Under the pieces are notes generated by a model. It made no database searches and was not told the DNA's origin. It was given only the letters and a program-made list of their open reading frames with translations. Of a DNA stretch of 64,000 nucleotides, positions 1 to 8,413 are shown piece by piece. Location of the stretch: assembly GCA_934457415.1 (NCBI GenBank), contig CAKSHM010000006.1, positions 109,623 through 173,622 of the forward strand, in the 5' to 3' direction. The number at the start of each line of letters is the position of its first letter. The stretch's first letter is position 1. Source of the DNA: an uncultured Eubacteriales bacterium. GTDB lineage: Bacteria; Bacillota; Clostridia; Oscillospirales; Acutalibacteraceae. A program made the position numbers and the translations under genes.

Positions 1-843
1 GCTCATAAGCATTAAAGGAACGGTATCCTTATCGTTTCCGCAAAGCGAGCTGACAAAGCCCATAACAAGCTTTCCCTGTGTAACGTCGGACGGCTCGTCA
101 ATACGCTTCGGATTTTCTGTCGGAGACAAATTTATATTATTTGAAAAATCGACTGTACAGTTTCTTTCAACCGAAGAAAGTCTTGCGGAGATCCTATCGG
201 TAAGCCCCTGCATCAAAGTATCCGAAATGATGTTTACCCTTATAAAAGCTTTGCTTAAAACGTCCTTCCATGCCTTATAAAGAATTTTCCCGTCTATAGC
301 TTTTATCTGCTCAACAGTTCCGCATTTCGGTATGCCGTAAGGCAAACCGTCATACATAACCGAAATAAGACGCTTTTTGGAATAAACTCTCTTATCGTTG
401 AATTCTCCCATTACATGGAAAACAGCCTTTTGTTTTTCCCTTTCAACATCCTCCGCGCAAAAGCTCTCATTTTCCGCTTTCGGCTCAAAAATAAGGCTTT
501 CGAGCATATTGCAGGCATCGGAAACAAGACTTTCGGAGTCTAAAGTGAACCTGTCGTTTATAACAGAAATTCCGACCTTTAAAAGCTGAAAATCTCCGAC
601 CTTTTCGCTTGAGGCTACAAGCTCAGCGCCGTAAAGCCGGCTGAGCTTAAAGTTAAGCTTTGAAAAATCGGGATATTCCTTTCCGCAGGTTGTAAGTACA
701 AACGGCAGGAGCGCATAAGGCGCCACCGTATCCTTATTCAGCGGAAGATAAAAGTTGAATGATACAAGCGTTGTATTAAACCTATTGCTCCTTACAAAGA
801 GGCATTCGGCATTATTTTCAATCTTTTTTACTGAAACCGACAA
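1..843 (-). CDS. M16 (pitrilysin/insulinase) family peptidase-like protein, N-terminal part; the gene runs off the window start
   Basis: Absent from the ORF track because it has no stop in the window. My reverse-strand translation starts at TTG 843-841, with a GGAGGG RBS 6 nt upstream. It reads LSVSVKKIENNAECLFVRSNRFNTTLVSFNFYLPLNKDTVAPYALLPFVLTTCGKEYPDFSKLNFKLSRLYGAEL... and stays open to position 1 (281 codons). The pattern resembles non-catalytic YmfF/YfmF-type M16 proteins. Confidence 0.55.
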   Translation of the reverse strand, partial: MSVSVKKIENNAECLFVRSNRFNTTLVSFNFYLPLNKDTVAPYALLPFVLTTCGKEYPDFSKLNFKLSRLYGAELVASSEKVGDFQLLKVGISVINDRFTLDSESLVSDACNMLESLIFEPKAENESFCAEDVEREKQKAVFHVMGEFNDKRVYSKKRLISVMYDGLPYGIPKCGTVEQIKAIDGKILYKAWKDVLSKAFIRVNIISDTLMQGLTDRISARLSSVERNCTVDFSNNINLSPTENPKRIDEPSDVTQGKLVMGFVSSLCGNDKDTVPLMLMS

Positions 844-964
844 TTCTATCCCTCCGTGACGGTTTTGAATTTTTAATTTTATACCATTTTATTATAACAC
901 ATTCCTTTCACTAATAACAAGCCCTTTTTGAGCATAATTTTTGCTTGTAATCAGCTTAAAAACA

Positions 965-973
965 TGCTATAAT
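965..973 (+). promoter_or_regulatory. Candidate extended -10 promoter (TGcTATAAT) for nrdR
   Basis: tgcTATAAT lies about 32 nt upstream of the nrdR ATG. No good -35 at 17 nt spacing. Confidence 0.35.
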
Positions 974-1004
974 TACAAATAATTATATATATGGAGAGAA
1001 AATT

Positions 1005-1460
1005 ATGAAATGTCCTTTTTGCAGTTATGAAGAAAGTAAGGTTATAGACTCCAGACCGACCGACGAAGGGGAGCGTATAAGAAGAAGGCGCGAATGCTTA
1101 AAATGCAGTAAAAGGTTTACAACCTATGAAATGATAGAAAGCCTTCCTATTATCGTTATAAAGAAGGACAGCTCGCGCGAGCCGTTCAACAGGGAAAAAC
1201 TATTAAACGGAATGATTCGTGCCTGCGAAAAGAGGCAGGTTTCGCTTGAAACCTTAGAAAAAGCCATCGACGATATTGAGCAGGCTATTCAGAATTCCAT
1301 GGACAGAGAGGTAAGCAGCGACAAAATAGGCGAGCTTGTTATGGAAAAGCTTAAGGGCATTGACGAGGTCGCTTATGTAAGATTTGCTTCTGTTTACCGG
1401 CAGTTCAAGGATATCAATACCTTTATGAATGAGCTTAACAAGCTTCTTGAAAAAAGCTGA
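1005..1460 (+). CDS. nrdR: Transcriptional repressor NrdR (zinc ribbon + ATP-cone)
   Basis: N-terminus [42 protein letters not shown] is the canonical NrdR zinc ribbon. Length 151 aa. Confidence 0.95.
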   Translation: MKCPFCSYEESKVIDSRPTDEGERIRRRRECLKCSKRFTTYEMIESLPIIVIKKDSSREPFNREKLLNGMIRACEKRQVSLETLEKAIDDIEQAIQNSMDREVSSDKIGELVMEKLKGIDEVAYVRFASVYRQFKDINTFMNELNKLLEKS

Positions 1461-1476
1461 GGAGAATTTTAAAATT

Positions 1477-3132
1477 ATGAATGAGAATGAAATGCTTGCA
1501 GAGCTTCTTCTGCCTGAAACAGATAAAAATCCTGAATATTGCGAAGCTATTTATCCGCCGCGCAGTCTGAAAGAAGGCGCCAAGGTGACAAGAATCGCCC
1601 CGAGTCCTACGGGATATTTGCACTTGGGTACGCTTTTTACAGCGCTTATTAACAGAATTACCGCCTCTGTTTCCGACGGGGTGTTTTTCACAAGAATTGA
1701 GGACACGGACAAAAAGCGCGAGATTGAGGGCGGAATTTCCGATATTATTGACGGGCTTAAAAGATTCGGCATTGAAATTGACGAGGGCTTTATAAGCGGA
1801 GACGAGGAATCAGGAAATTACGGACCCTATCAGCAGTCAAAGCGGGCGGAAATTTATCAGATTTATGCCAAAGACCTTATAAAAAGAGGTCTTGCTTACC
1901 CCTGCTTCTGCACAGCAGAAGAGCTTGAAGCGGTAAGAGAAGAGCAGGAAAAGCTTAAAATCAGAACCGGATATCACGGTAAGTGGGCAAAACACAGAAA
2001 TATAACCTTAGAAGAGGTAAAAAAAGAATTAAGCGAAAACAAGCCTTTTGTTATAAGGCTTAAATCTCAGGGCAGTGAGGATAAAAGGATTGCCTTTGAT
2101 GATGTTATAAAGGGCAGAATAGAAATGCCTGAAAATGACGAGGATTTTGTCATATTAAAATCGGACGGAATTCCTACCTACCATTTTGCACACGCAATAG
2201 ATGACCATCTTATGCGCACAACACATGTTCTTCGCGGAGACGAATGGATTTCTTCAGTCCCTAAGCACCTTGAGCTGTTCAAGCTTTTAGGCTTCAAGCC
2301 CGTTAAATACGGACATATCTCCCCTATTATGAAATCGGAAAACGGTGCGAAAAGGAAAATTTCCAAAAGGAAAGACCCCGAGGCTGCCGTTAAGTATTTT
2401 GCGCAGGAGGGTTATGAGGCAAGCAGTGTTACAGAATATTTAATGACTATTGCCGCCTCCGATTTTGAGGACTGGCGCAAGGCAAATCCCACGGAAGATT
2501 ACCGCAAATTCAAATTCAACCTTAAAAAGATGAGTGTTTCGGGCGCGCTTTTTGACTCTGATAAGCTTAACGATGTCAGCAAAACCGAAATATCAAAGCT
2601 TAAAAGCAAAGAGGTTTACGAAAAGCTGACCGCTTGGGCAAAAGAATTCGACCCTGAATTTTTTGAGCTTTTAACAAAGGACTCTGAATTTACCGTTAAT
2701 ATGCTTGCCATTGACCGCGATAATGCAAACAAGCCGAGAAAGGATATCGCAAAATGGTCTCAGGCAAAGGATTATTACGCTTACTTTTTCGATTCCCTTT
2801 ACATTCCCTGCCATGAAATACCCGAAAATATTTCAAAAGAGGACGCAAAGGAATTTTTAAAGGAATACAAAGAAATTTACAACTCTTCCGATGACCGACA
2901 GCAATGGTTCGACAAAATCAAATCGCTTTGCCCACACCTTAATTTTGCCGCAGACACAAAGGAGTATAAGAAAAATCCGGAAAACTACAAAGGAAGTGCG
3001 GGCGATTTAAGTACAGTACTGAGAATTGCCGTTACCGGCAGGAAAAACACTCCGGACCTTTGCAGTATAATGCAGGTTTTAGGCAAGGAACAAAGTATAA
3101 AACGCATTGACGAAATGATAAATTCACTTTAG
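1477..3132 (+). CDS. gltX: Glutamate--tRNA ligase (long C-terminal form)
   Basis: HIGH-type motif SPTGYLHLGT and KMSKS-type motif KISKRK. The track ORF starts at 1429 inside nrdR. ATG 1477 follows GAGGAG at 1460-1465 and is the more likely start. Confidence 0.9.
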   Translation: MNENEMLAELLLPETDKNPEYCEAIYPPRSLKEGAKVTRIAPSPTGYLHLGTLFTALINRITASVSDGVFFTRIEDTDKKREIEGGISDIIDGLKRFGIEIDEGFISGDEESGNYGPYQQSKRAEIYQIYAKDLIKRGLAYPCFCTAEELEAVREEQEKLKIRTGYHGKWAKHRNITLEEVKKELSENKPFVIRLKSQGSEDKRIAFDDVIKGRIEMPENDEDFVILKSDGIPTYHFAHAIDDHLMRTTHVLRGDEWISSVPKHLELFKLLGFKPVKYGHISPIMKSENGAKRKISKRKDPEAAVKYFAQEGYEASSVTEYLMTIAASDFEDWRKANPTEDYRKFKFNLKKMSVSGALFDSDKLNDVSKTEISKLKSKEVYEKLTAWAKEFDPEFFELLTKDSEFTVNMLAIDRDNANKPRKDIAKWSQAKDYYAYFFDSLYIPCHEIPENISKEDAKEFLKEYKEIYNSSDDRQQWFDKIKSLCPHLNFAADTKEYKKNPENYKGSAGDLSTVLRIAVTGRKNTPDLCSIMQVLGKEQSIKRIDEMINSL

Positions 3133-3170
3133 GCAAGTAAATCTGTCACACTAAAAAGAGGTTAAATTAA

Positions 3171-4865
3171 ATGGAAGAAAATAAAGAATTAGAGTTTTTG
3201 AATAACGAAACCGCACCCTCGAATTTTATTCTCGATTTTATAGACGAGGATTTAAAAGAGGGCGTTTATGACCGTGTTCAGACCCGTTTTCCGCCCGAGC
3301 CGAACGGATATCTTCATATCGGCCATGCAAAGGCTATTTGCATTGATTTCGGAACTGCCGAAAAATACGGAGGAATATGCAATTTAAGGCTTGACGATAC
3401 AAATCCCACAAAAGAGGATGTAGAATATGTTGACGCTATAAAGGAAGACATAAAATGGCTCGGCTTTAACTGGGACAATATTTATTATGCGTCCGACTAT
3501 TTTGATTATATTTATGACTGCGCTTTATATCTTATAGACAAGGGGCTTGCTTTTGTTGACGAAAGCTCTCCCGAAAAGATAAGAGAAATGCGCGGAACGC
3601 TTACTCAGGCAGGAACCGAAAGCCCTTACCGCGACCGTCCGATTGAAGAAAACAGGGATTTATTCGCAAGAATGACCGCCGGTGAATTCGAAGAAGGCTC
3701 TATGGTATTAAGGGCTAAAATAGATATGTCATCGCCCAATCTCAATATGCGCGACCCGATAATCTACAGAATTTTAAAGGCTTCTCATCACCGCACGGGC
3801 GACAAATGGTGCGTTTATCCGATGTACGATTTCGCGCATCCGCTTAGCGACGCGAAAGAGGGCGTCACCCACTCGTTATGTTCGCTTGAGTTTGAAAACC
3901 ACCGTCCGCTTTATGACTGGGTGTTAAAAGCCGCGGATATTAAAAATCCGCCGAGACAGATTGAGTTTGCAAGAATGAATGTTAATTACACTCTTACGAG
4001 CAAGCGCAAATGCTTAAAGCTTGTAAACGATAAGCTTGTAAGCGGCTGGGACGACCCGAGAATGGCTACAATATGCGGAATAAGAAGGCGCGGTTATCCT
4101 GCTGAGGCGGTAAGAGCCTTTGTCGATAAAATCGGAGTTTCCAAGGCTTACAGCGTTATTGACTACGCTTTGCTTGAATCCTGCGTAAGAGATTATTTAA
4201 ACGAGCATGCCGACAGAGCCATGGCGGTTTTAGAGCCGCTTAAGGTCATAATAGATAACTATGACGAGTCAAAAACCGAGGAAATCGAATTTGACAAAAA
4301 TCCTAACGCTCCGGAAAAGGGTAAAAGCACCGTCACATTTTCAAAGGAAATCTATATTGAAAAAAGCGACTTTATGCTTGATCCGCCGAAAAAATATTTC
4401 AGGCTCTGCCCCGAAAAGGAAGTCCGTCTTAAAGGCGCTTATTATATTAAATATGCCTCTCATGAAACTGACGAAAACGGAAATATAACCGCAGTTCACT
4501 GCACTTTCGACCCCGAAAGCCGCGGCGGAGATACTGCGGACAAGAGGAAGGTAAAGGGAACGCTTCACTGGGTAAGCGCAAAGACTGCCGAGGATGTAAC
4601 CGTAAGACTTTACGACAGGCTTTTCAATGTTGAAAATCCGAGCGATGAAGAGGGTGTTTCCTCTTTTGCGGACAACCTTAACCCCGATTCATTAAAGGAA
4701 ATAACAGACTGCAAGGTTGACCGCTCGCTTTTAAGCGCAAAGGTCGGCGACACTTTCCAGTTCATGAGACAGGGTTATTTTTGCGTGGATAAGGATTCTG
4801 ACGAAAACAGGCTTGTATTTAACCGCACTGTAGCCCTCAAGGACTCATTTACACCGAAAAAATGA
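3171..4865 (+). CDS. glnS: Glutamine--tRNA ligase
   Basis: PEPNGYLHIGHAKA (HIGH), LTSKRK (KMSKS-like), 564 aa. Typical GlnS layout. Confidence 0.93.
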   Translation: MEENKELEFLNNETAPSNFILDFIDEDLKEGVYDRVQTRFPPEPNGYLHIGHAKAICIDFGTAEKYGGICNLRLDDTNPTKEDVEYVDAIKEDIKWLGFNWDNIYYASDYFDYIYDCALYLIDKGLAFVDESSPEKIREMRGTLTQAGTESPYRDRPIEENRDLFARMTAGEFEEGSMVLRAKIDMSSPNLNMRDPIIYRILKASHHRTGDKWCVYPMYDFAHPLSDAKEGVTHSLCSLEFENHRPLYDWVLKAADIKNPPRQIEFARMNVNYTLTSKRKCLKLVNDKLVSGWDDPRMATICGIRRRGYPAEAVRAFVDKIGVSKAYSVIDYALLESCVRDYLNEHADRAMAVLEPLKVIIDNYDESKTEEIEFDKNPNAPEKGKSTVTFSKEIYIEKSDFMLDPPKKYFRLCPEKEVRLKGAYYIKYASHETDENGNITAVHCTFDPESRGGDTADKRKVKGTLHWVSAKTAEDVTVRLYDRLFNVENPSDEEGVSSFADNLNPDSLKEITDCKVDRSLLSAKVGDTFQFMRQGYFCVDKDSDENRLVFNRTVALKDSFTPKK

Positions 4866-5614
4866 TTAAGATAAAAGATATTTACAAATTTTTAGATACC
4901 CTCTGCCCTTTTTCCTCCGCTTGTGATTTTGACAATGCAGGCTTGCTTGTCGGCGATAAAAATTCCGAAGTGAAAAAAGCGCTTGTTACATTGGACTGCA
5001 CGCTTGAGGCTGTAAAAAAGGCAAGAGAGCTTGATTGCAGGCTTATAATTACACATCATCCTGTTATTTTCGACCCGATTAAAAGCGTTACCGCAGGCTC
5101 GGTTGTTTATGAGCTTTTAAGATCTGATATTAGCGTGATTTCATGCCATACTAATCTTGACCAAGCCGAATTCGGCGTTAATTATGAGCTTTGCAGGTGT
5201 TTGGGACTTAAAAATATAAAGCCGTTTACGGCGTCTGACGGATTTGCCCTGATGAGCGCAAGTACAGTTAAGCCATGCTCCGCTTTAGAGTTTGCAAAAA
5301 ATGTAAAATCAGCTCTTAACACCTCGGTAAGGTATGTTTCGTCAAACAGGGAAATAAAAAATGTTCTTGTTTGCTCAGGCTCGGGCGGCGGATATTTAAG
5401 CGAAGCGATTTCAAGCGGATTTGACGCTTTTCTTACCGCCGATATCAAGCACAATGTATTCATTGACGCTTTAAACTCCGGATTCCCGCTTTTTGACGCA
5501 GGCCATTATCAGACCGAAAATATAATAATCAGACCTCTCTGCGAAAAATTAAAAATGGAATTTTCAAAGACGGAATTTATTCCGTTTGATAATGCGGATA
5601 TTTTATTCTTATAA
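4862..5614 (+). CDS. Nif3-like dinuclear metal centre protein (GTP cyclohydrolase 1 type 2 homologue)
   Basis: 250 aa with ITHHP and HTNLD motifs typical of NIF3/YqfO. Overlaps the glnS stop by 4 nt. Confidence 0.85.
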   Translation: MIKIKDIYKFLDTLCPFSSACDFDNAGLLVGDKNSEVKKALVTLDCTLEAVKKARELDCRLIITHHPVIFDPIKSVTAGSVVYELLRSDISVISCHTNLDQAEFGVNYELCRCLGLKNIKPFTASDGFALMSASTVKPCSALEFAKNVKSALNTSVRYVSSNREIKNVLVCSGSGGGYLSEAISSGFDAFLTADIKHNVFIDALNSGFPLFDAGHYQTENIIIRPLCEKLKMEFSKTEFIPFDNADILFL

Positions 5615-5641
5615 TTTTTGTAATTCATATCATGCGGCAGT

Positions 5642-5688
5642 CCCCTGTAAATTGACATTTATCAATTTACAGGGGACTTGTTTTGTTT
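5642..5688. terminator. Bidirectional rho-independent terminator between NIF3 and the barstar remnant
   Basis: cccctgtaaattga / tcaatttacagggg is a 14-bp stem with a 6-nt loop, followed by cttgttttgttt. Confidence 0.8.
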
Positions 5689-6242
5689 ACAGCTCAAAGC
5701 TAAATCTTATTTCGTTATCCTCTATAGCAGCTTCTTTAAAAGTTTCAATAATTTTAATAACATTTTCGTTTAATGCTTCTGCAGCCTTGGTTTCAGGTTT
5801 GAAAATTACAGTTAGTGTGACAGGACTTGAACCTGCCGCGGTTTCGCTCGCCGCCTTTTAGATTGCGGCTTTGCGTGTGATTGTGCAAGGCGCCAGCCTT
5901 GCTGCAAATTTCTCGCTTCGCCTAATAAAATTAAAGCGGCAGAAACTTTTAACCTACCGAAACTAAAAATTTTGTTATAAGACGAAGCCGATAAAACGCA
6001 GGAATACTGCCGTATTTCAAGTTTTGAGGCAATGTATTATGCAAAATTTTGTTTCGTAGGCGTGACAGGTTCGAGTCCTGTCACACTATATTAACAGGTG
6101 TTTCTATAAAACCTGTCAACATATCCCATAAAGCATCTAAATTATTTCCATACCATTCGGGTAATTCTAATTTTTCTTTAATTTCACTGTGTAAATCCAT
6201 CGGGCATTTGCATTTCGAAAAATTTATAACAACAGTTTTCAT
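5687..6242 (-). pseudogene. Barstar-family ribonuclease inhibitor gene interrupted by a 272-bp insertion
   Basis: 5' part (6242-6087): MKTVVINFSKCKCPMDLHSEIKEKLELPEWYGNNLDALWDMLTGFIETPVNI, then VAL-stop inside the insert. 3' part (5812-5687): TVIFKPETKAAEALNENVIKIIETFKEAAIEDNEIRFSFEL*. Removing 5815-6086 plus one TA restores one ~94-aa frame with the barstar LDALWDxLTG signature. Confidence 0.8.
5815..6086. mobile_element. MITE-like non-autonomous element (family 1), ~26-bp terminal inverted repeats, TA target duplication
   Basis: Left end GTGTGACAGGACTTGAACCTGCCGCG. Reverse complement of right end GTGTGACAGGACTCGAACCTGTCACG. TA at 5813-5814 and 6087-6088. No ORF inside. Internal long hairpin pairs cctaccgaaactaaaaattttg with caaaattttgtttcgtagg. 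Confidence 0.7.
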
Positions 6243-6251
6243 ATTGTTCTC

Positions 6252-6398
6252 CTAACATATTTGATTAAATGTAAAATAGTGATCAGTTGAAGGAGAAATC
6301 AAACATTTCCAAACCTTATATTTTTTATTTTTATAAAATAAAGGGAAAAATTCTATTCCATTTACTCCTGCAATAATTATATCACCAAATAGACTCAT
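6252..6398 (-). pseudogene. 48-codon remnant of a barnase/RNase Sa (microbial N1/T1) family ribonuclease, immediately upstream of barstar
   Basis: My translation: MSLFGDIIIAGVNGIEFFPLFYKNKKYKVWKCLISPSTDHYFTFNQIC*. The C-terminus matches the TDHYQTFTKIR (barnase) / GDHYATFSLIDQTC (RNase Sa) end motif. GAGGTG RBS upstream. The stop overlaps the barstar RBS. The N-terminal half and the catalytic Glu position are missing. Confidence 0.55.
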
Positions 6399-6553
6399 CA
6401 AATATCACCTCATTTTTTGAATATTGTATCAAAAGAAAAGGCGACATTAACCGACATAATTATATTATAATTTTAAAAATTTATCAATGAAATAAACTAA
6501 ATCTAATAATATAGTACAAACACCTCTGCATATAAAATACTGAGGTGTATTAT

Positions 6554-7315
6554 ATGAAATTACTATTATTAACAAAAAAGCAGATTATGCTCGGACTCGG
6601 TATAATTTTAAGCGCGGTGCTTATTATCATCGGCTCAACCGCTGTTTTTGCCGACAAGGAGCGAAAGCTTCCGATATACTGCGTTGAAACCGAAAAGAAG
6701 CAGGTTGCCTTAAGCTTTGACGCGGCTTGGGGCAATGACGACACCGAAACGCTTATAAAAATATTAAAGGAATATAACGCGCCCGCAACATTTTTTGTTG
6801 TGGGAAGCTGGGTCGATAAATACCCCGAATCCGTCGAGGCACTGAGTAAGGCGGGCTTTCAAATTCAAAACCATTCAAACACCCACCCTCACATGACCCA
6901 GCTTTCAATGCAGCAGATGAAAAACGAAATAGAAGCCTGCAACAAAAAGATTGAAGGTGTAACAGGCGTATGCCCTACACTTTTAAGACCGCCCTACGGC
7001 GACTATGACAACTGCGTTGTCGAGGCGGTTGAAAACGAGAGAATGTATGCGATACAATGGTCGGTTGACAGTCTTGACTGGAAGGACAGCGCAACGCCGC
7101 AAAGCATATATAAAAGGGTTACCGATAAGGTTGAAAACGGAAGTATAGTTCTTTTTCATAATGACGCTGACCACACTCCCGAAGCGCTTCCTATGATATT
7201 GAAAAACCTAAAGGAAAAGGGCTTTGAATTCGTATTTATATCAGACCTTATAATGAAAGAAAATTATCATATTGATTCAACAGGCAAGCAGTGCAGAACA
7301 AAAGACGGCGAATAA
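6554..7315 (+). CDS. Polysaccharide deacetylase (CE4/NodB homology, PdaB-like), N-terminal membrane anchor
   Basis: FDAAWGNDDT, NHSNTHPHM and LFHNDADH motifs. ATG 6554 sits 6 nt after GAGGTG; the track start at 6545 is a GTG inside the RBS. Confidence 0.85.
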   Translation: MKLLLLTKKQIMLGLGIILSAVLIIIGSTAVFADKERKLPIYCVETEKKQVALSFDAAWGNDDTETLIKILKEYNAPATFFVVGSWVDKYPESVEALSKAGFQIQNHSNTHPHMTQLSMQQMKNEIEACNKKIEGVTGVCPTLLRPPYGDYDNCVVEAVENERMYAIQWSVDSLDWKDSATPQSIYKRVTDKVENGSIVLFHNDADHTPEALPMILKNLKEKGFEFVFISDLIMKENYHIDSTGKQCRTKDGE

Positions 7316-7327
7316 TCGCTATTTAAA

Positions 7328-7365
7328 AACACCTCTCGCGCCGAAAGGTATGAGAGGTGTTTTTT
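7328..7365. terminator. Bidirectional terminator between convergent genes
   Basis: aacacctctc / gagaggtgtt stem followed by ttttt. Confidence 0.8.
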
Positions 7366-7366
7366 G

Positions 7367-7843
7367 TCATTCGGCGGTTTCCTGCGAATTTTCGCCGTAT
7401 AAAGCAAGATAGCTTACGGCGGCGTCCAATATCTTTTTGCGCTGAACATAATTTATACCCACAAAAATAACCGGTACAAATAATAGTCCCATAACTGCAA
7501 AAAATAAGCATGCAAGCGCGATAAGAATATCCGCAGGAAATACGGGAATTAAAAACCAGCCTATTTTCGTTATTTTCCATGCGACCTTTAAAGCGTTTAA
7601 AATTCCGCCGCCTATAATATAAGAAGGAAGTGCAAGAAAAATAGCAAGAATTATAAAGGCATCCTTATTATCCGGATTTCCCCAGATTGCAAGAGCGGTG
7701 AAAACTATTGCGATAAGCGAAATTACAAAACCTATAAGTATTCGGATTTGATTGAATTTAGCCATCTTTACTTCTCTTTTTGCTCTTTCGATGTCCTGAA
7801 ACTGAACATCCTCAAATAATTTTTCTTTTTTTCTTTTTGCCAT
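7367..7843 (-). CDS. Hypothetical membrane protein (about 4 TM segments)
   Basis: 158-aa ORF with a charged N-terminus followed by hydrophobic helices. Divergent from the XRE regulator. No family recognised. Confidence 0.5.
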   Translation of the reverse strand: MAKRKKEKLFEDVQFQDIERAKREVKMAKFNQIRILIGFVISLIAIVFTALAIWGNPDNKDAFIILAIFLALPSYIIGGGILNALKVAWKITKIGWFLIPVFPADILIALACLFFAVMGLLFVPVIFVGINYVQRKKILDAAVSYLALYGENSQETAE

Positions 7844-8004
7844 GATTAGTCCCCTTTTAATTTATTACAGCTTATAAAGCCGCTTTACGACATTATACTA
7901 CCGATTTTTTAAAAAGTCAACTACTTAGTAGAATTATTTAAAAATAATTTCACCATTTGTAAAATTATAATAGTTAGAATAAAAGTAGAATTGAGGTGTA
8001 CGGT

Positions 8005-8286
8005 ATGGTAGAATTCGGTGAAAGACTGAGAAAGCTGCGTAAGGAAAGAAATCTGACACAAAGGGGTCTTGCAAGCCTTATAGGTGTAAAAAACAGCGTT
8101 ATAAGCTTTTATGAGGTCGGGGACAGAACGCCCTCTCTTGAAGTTCTGATAAAGCTTTCAAAGGCGCTCCATATCAGCACTGATGTTTTACTCGGTCTTG
8201 ATAAAAAAGAAACTGTTGATGTTTCGGGGCTCTCAGAAAATGACAGGCAGTATGTGCAGGATCTTATTGACAGGTTAAGAAAGTAA
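8005..8286 (+). CDS. XRE-family helix-turn-helix transcriptional regulator
   Basis: FGERLRKLRKERNLTQRGLASLIGVKNSVISFYEVGDRTPSLEVLIKLSKAL is a classic Cro/C1 HTH. ATG 8005 sits 6 nt after GAGGTG. Confidence 0.85.
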   Translation: MVEFGERLRKLRKERNLTQRGLASLIGVKNSVISFYEVGDRTPSLEVLIKLSKALHISTDVLLGLDKKETVDVSGLSENDRQYVQDLIDRLRK

Positions 8287-8299
8287 AAAATAACGCTAT

Positions 8300-8337
8300 G
8301 GCTCTCTTTGTTATTGAAATGCAAAGAGAGCCTTTTT
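8300..8337 (+). terminator. Rho-independent terminator after the XRE gene
   Basis: ggctctctttg / caaagagagcc stem followed by ttttt. Confidence 0.8.
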
Positions 8338-8413
8338 GTGTCATAAATTTACTTGTAAACGGAGCTGTTTTGTAGTATTATATAGTTATATTACTATTAA
8401 CGGAGGGAAAGCG

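Noticed and set aside
1429-1476. Upstream-extended starts in the ORF track: gltX 1429, rnfC 8336, SBP 20089, malQ 23133, 26635, ppdK 27509, TetR 54520, GNAT 57846, rpsF 25663, ABC 37176/35432.
   Set aside because: In each case an internal ATG is preceded at 5-10 nt by a GGAGG-like RBS. The extension overlaps the preceding gene, a terminator or a structured leader.
6040-6090. GTGACAGGTTCGAGTCCTGTCACAC looks like the T-arm and acceptor 3' strand of a tRNA. The same is true of the inverted copy at 5815-5845 and the copy at 61280-61306.
   Set aside because: Upstream sequence provides no matching 5' acceptor strand, D-arm or anticodon arm in any of the three places. The two copies in 5815-6086 are inverted relative to each other and TA-flanked. 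They are better explained as element termini than as tRNA genes or att sites.
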